Of a stretch of 64,000 bases of DNA, positions 62,783 to 64,000 are shown in pieces. Made by a program: the position numbers and the translations under genes. Position 1 is the stretch's first letter, and every line of letters begins with the position of its first letter. A model generated the notes under the pieces. The model was not told where the DNA came from and made no database searches. It was given only the letters and a program-made list of their open reading frames with translations. This DNA is from Octopus vulgaris (lineage: Eukaryota): positions 82,646,001-82,710,000 of the forward strand of contig OX597816.1 in NCBI GenBank assembly GCA_951406725.2, read 5' to 3'.

Positions 62783-64000
62783 TATGTTCCAAGTTTGTTA
62801 TATGTGGCAAGAAACATCTGTCTAAACTGAACAAAACTGGCAAGTATCCGTAAAACTTATAAGGCAGACTATTCAAACCAAGCAATTTGTTATTCACACA
62901 ACCAGTTGCTGCTATCAGTCTTTGCAACACTTGATGTCCTCTGTTGAATAATAGTAATATTGAAAATTTCTAATCTAAGCATACAGTGACAAAATTTTGG
63001 GAAAGAGAATTCTTACTGGTATTAACACCAGTATTTGACTGGTACTTTATTTTATTGCCCATGGAAGAATAAAAAGCAAAGCTCATTTTGAGGGATTCAA
63101 AGAATTCAGAAATGTAAAGGAACATAACAAAATGCTGTAAAGACAGTGAATTCATTGCTGTACTGGCTGATTCTGCCAGTTCACTGTTTAATAACAACAA
63201 CCACAGTAATTTTTAAACTCCAAGTTTAGCACTGAAAAATTAAAAGCAGAGAAATTCAATACCTTTTCACAATGGCAATCTTGACATGAAGTAAATAATG
63301 TAAAGTCTTAACAGGAAATTGAAACTGAATCTCATATACATTATAGAGAAATCACTACATAGAGAGGGGCTTAGTCATTCTTCAGCCACACCATCACCTA
63401 TCACCATCAGTTAACTGGAGGCAAGAATGATTTCAGCATCACTAGTCAATAGGCAAACAGATGTTAATGTGAACAAGATTGTGTAAGTGTGATTCATACC
63501 AGTATTGCTTATTGCTATTTGGGAAAAGTACATGTGTACAAATATCTATCAGACCATACTCCCCCCACCCTCACACAATGGACTAGTAGTTAATGTGTTG
63601 GCTTTATGATCCATAGAGCCATAGGTTTGATTCTGGAACCAGGCAGTGTGTACTATCTTGGAGTAAAGCACTTCATTTTCACAGTGTTCCAGTTTACTCA
63701 ACTGAAATGAATAACAGTTGAGTGCTTGTGCAGTGCTTTTGCACTTCATCTGTTCTATCCTAGATGTTGTGTTAGGTCAAGGGTAGGAGGGCCAAGGTGG
63801 GGGCATGTATCTATGACTGCTCACATCAACACAGGCACCTACCTAAAAGAATCAGTGAATGCATAATACATACTGGCACGTTATATGAGATTTTTATACA
63901 CACACACACACACACAATTCATATTGATTCTACTTTCAGTATTGAGTTATTAAGTCTGCCTCTCAGTAAATATTCTGATGTTATTCTCAAACATGCTTTA

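Overview
AT-rich, intron-rich animal genomic DNA. The SINE/LINE repertoire and protein sequences suggest a mollusc, most likely an octopus (inference). Two convergent spliced genes are present. The first is the last two coding exons of PSMD12/Rpn5 on + (514-591, 3265-3474). The second is a MAP2K4/MKK4 gene on - with 11 well-supported exons (45127 down to the stop at 20229) plus a probable upstream exon at 54620-54689; together they give 379 aa in frame, and the start exon was not found. Most ORF-track entries are spurious or are transposon debris. The rest of the window is mobile-element sequence: RTE and CR1 LINE pieces, tRNA-derived SINEs, Helitron, Tigger/pogo and DD41D-mariner remnants, and several MITEs with TSDs. 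The most notable structures are: (i) intronic fold-back palindromes carrying vestigial Penelope-type hammerhead cores; (ii) an RTE LINE whose 3'UTR has expanded into a ~2.3 kb hierarchical tandem array; (iii) a mariner rebuilt from two inverted 3' ends; (iv) a possible second MAPK docking motif in MKK4; (v) two collinear 32-bp minisatellite arrays; (vi) a degenerate HDV-like ribozyme candidate. All alignments were done by eye, so repeat boundaries are approximate.
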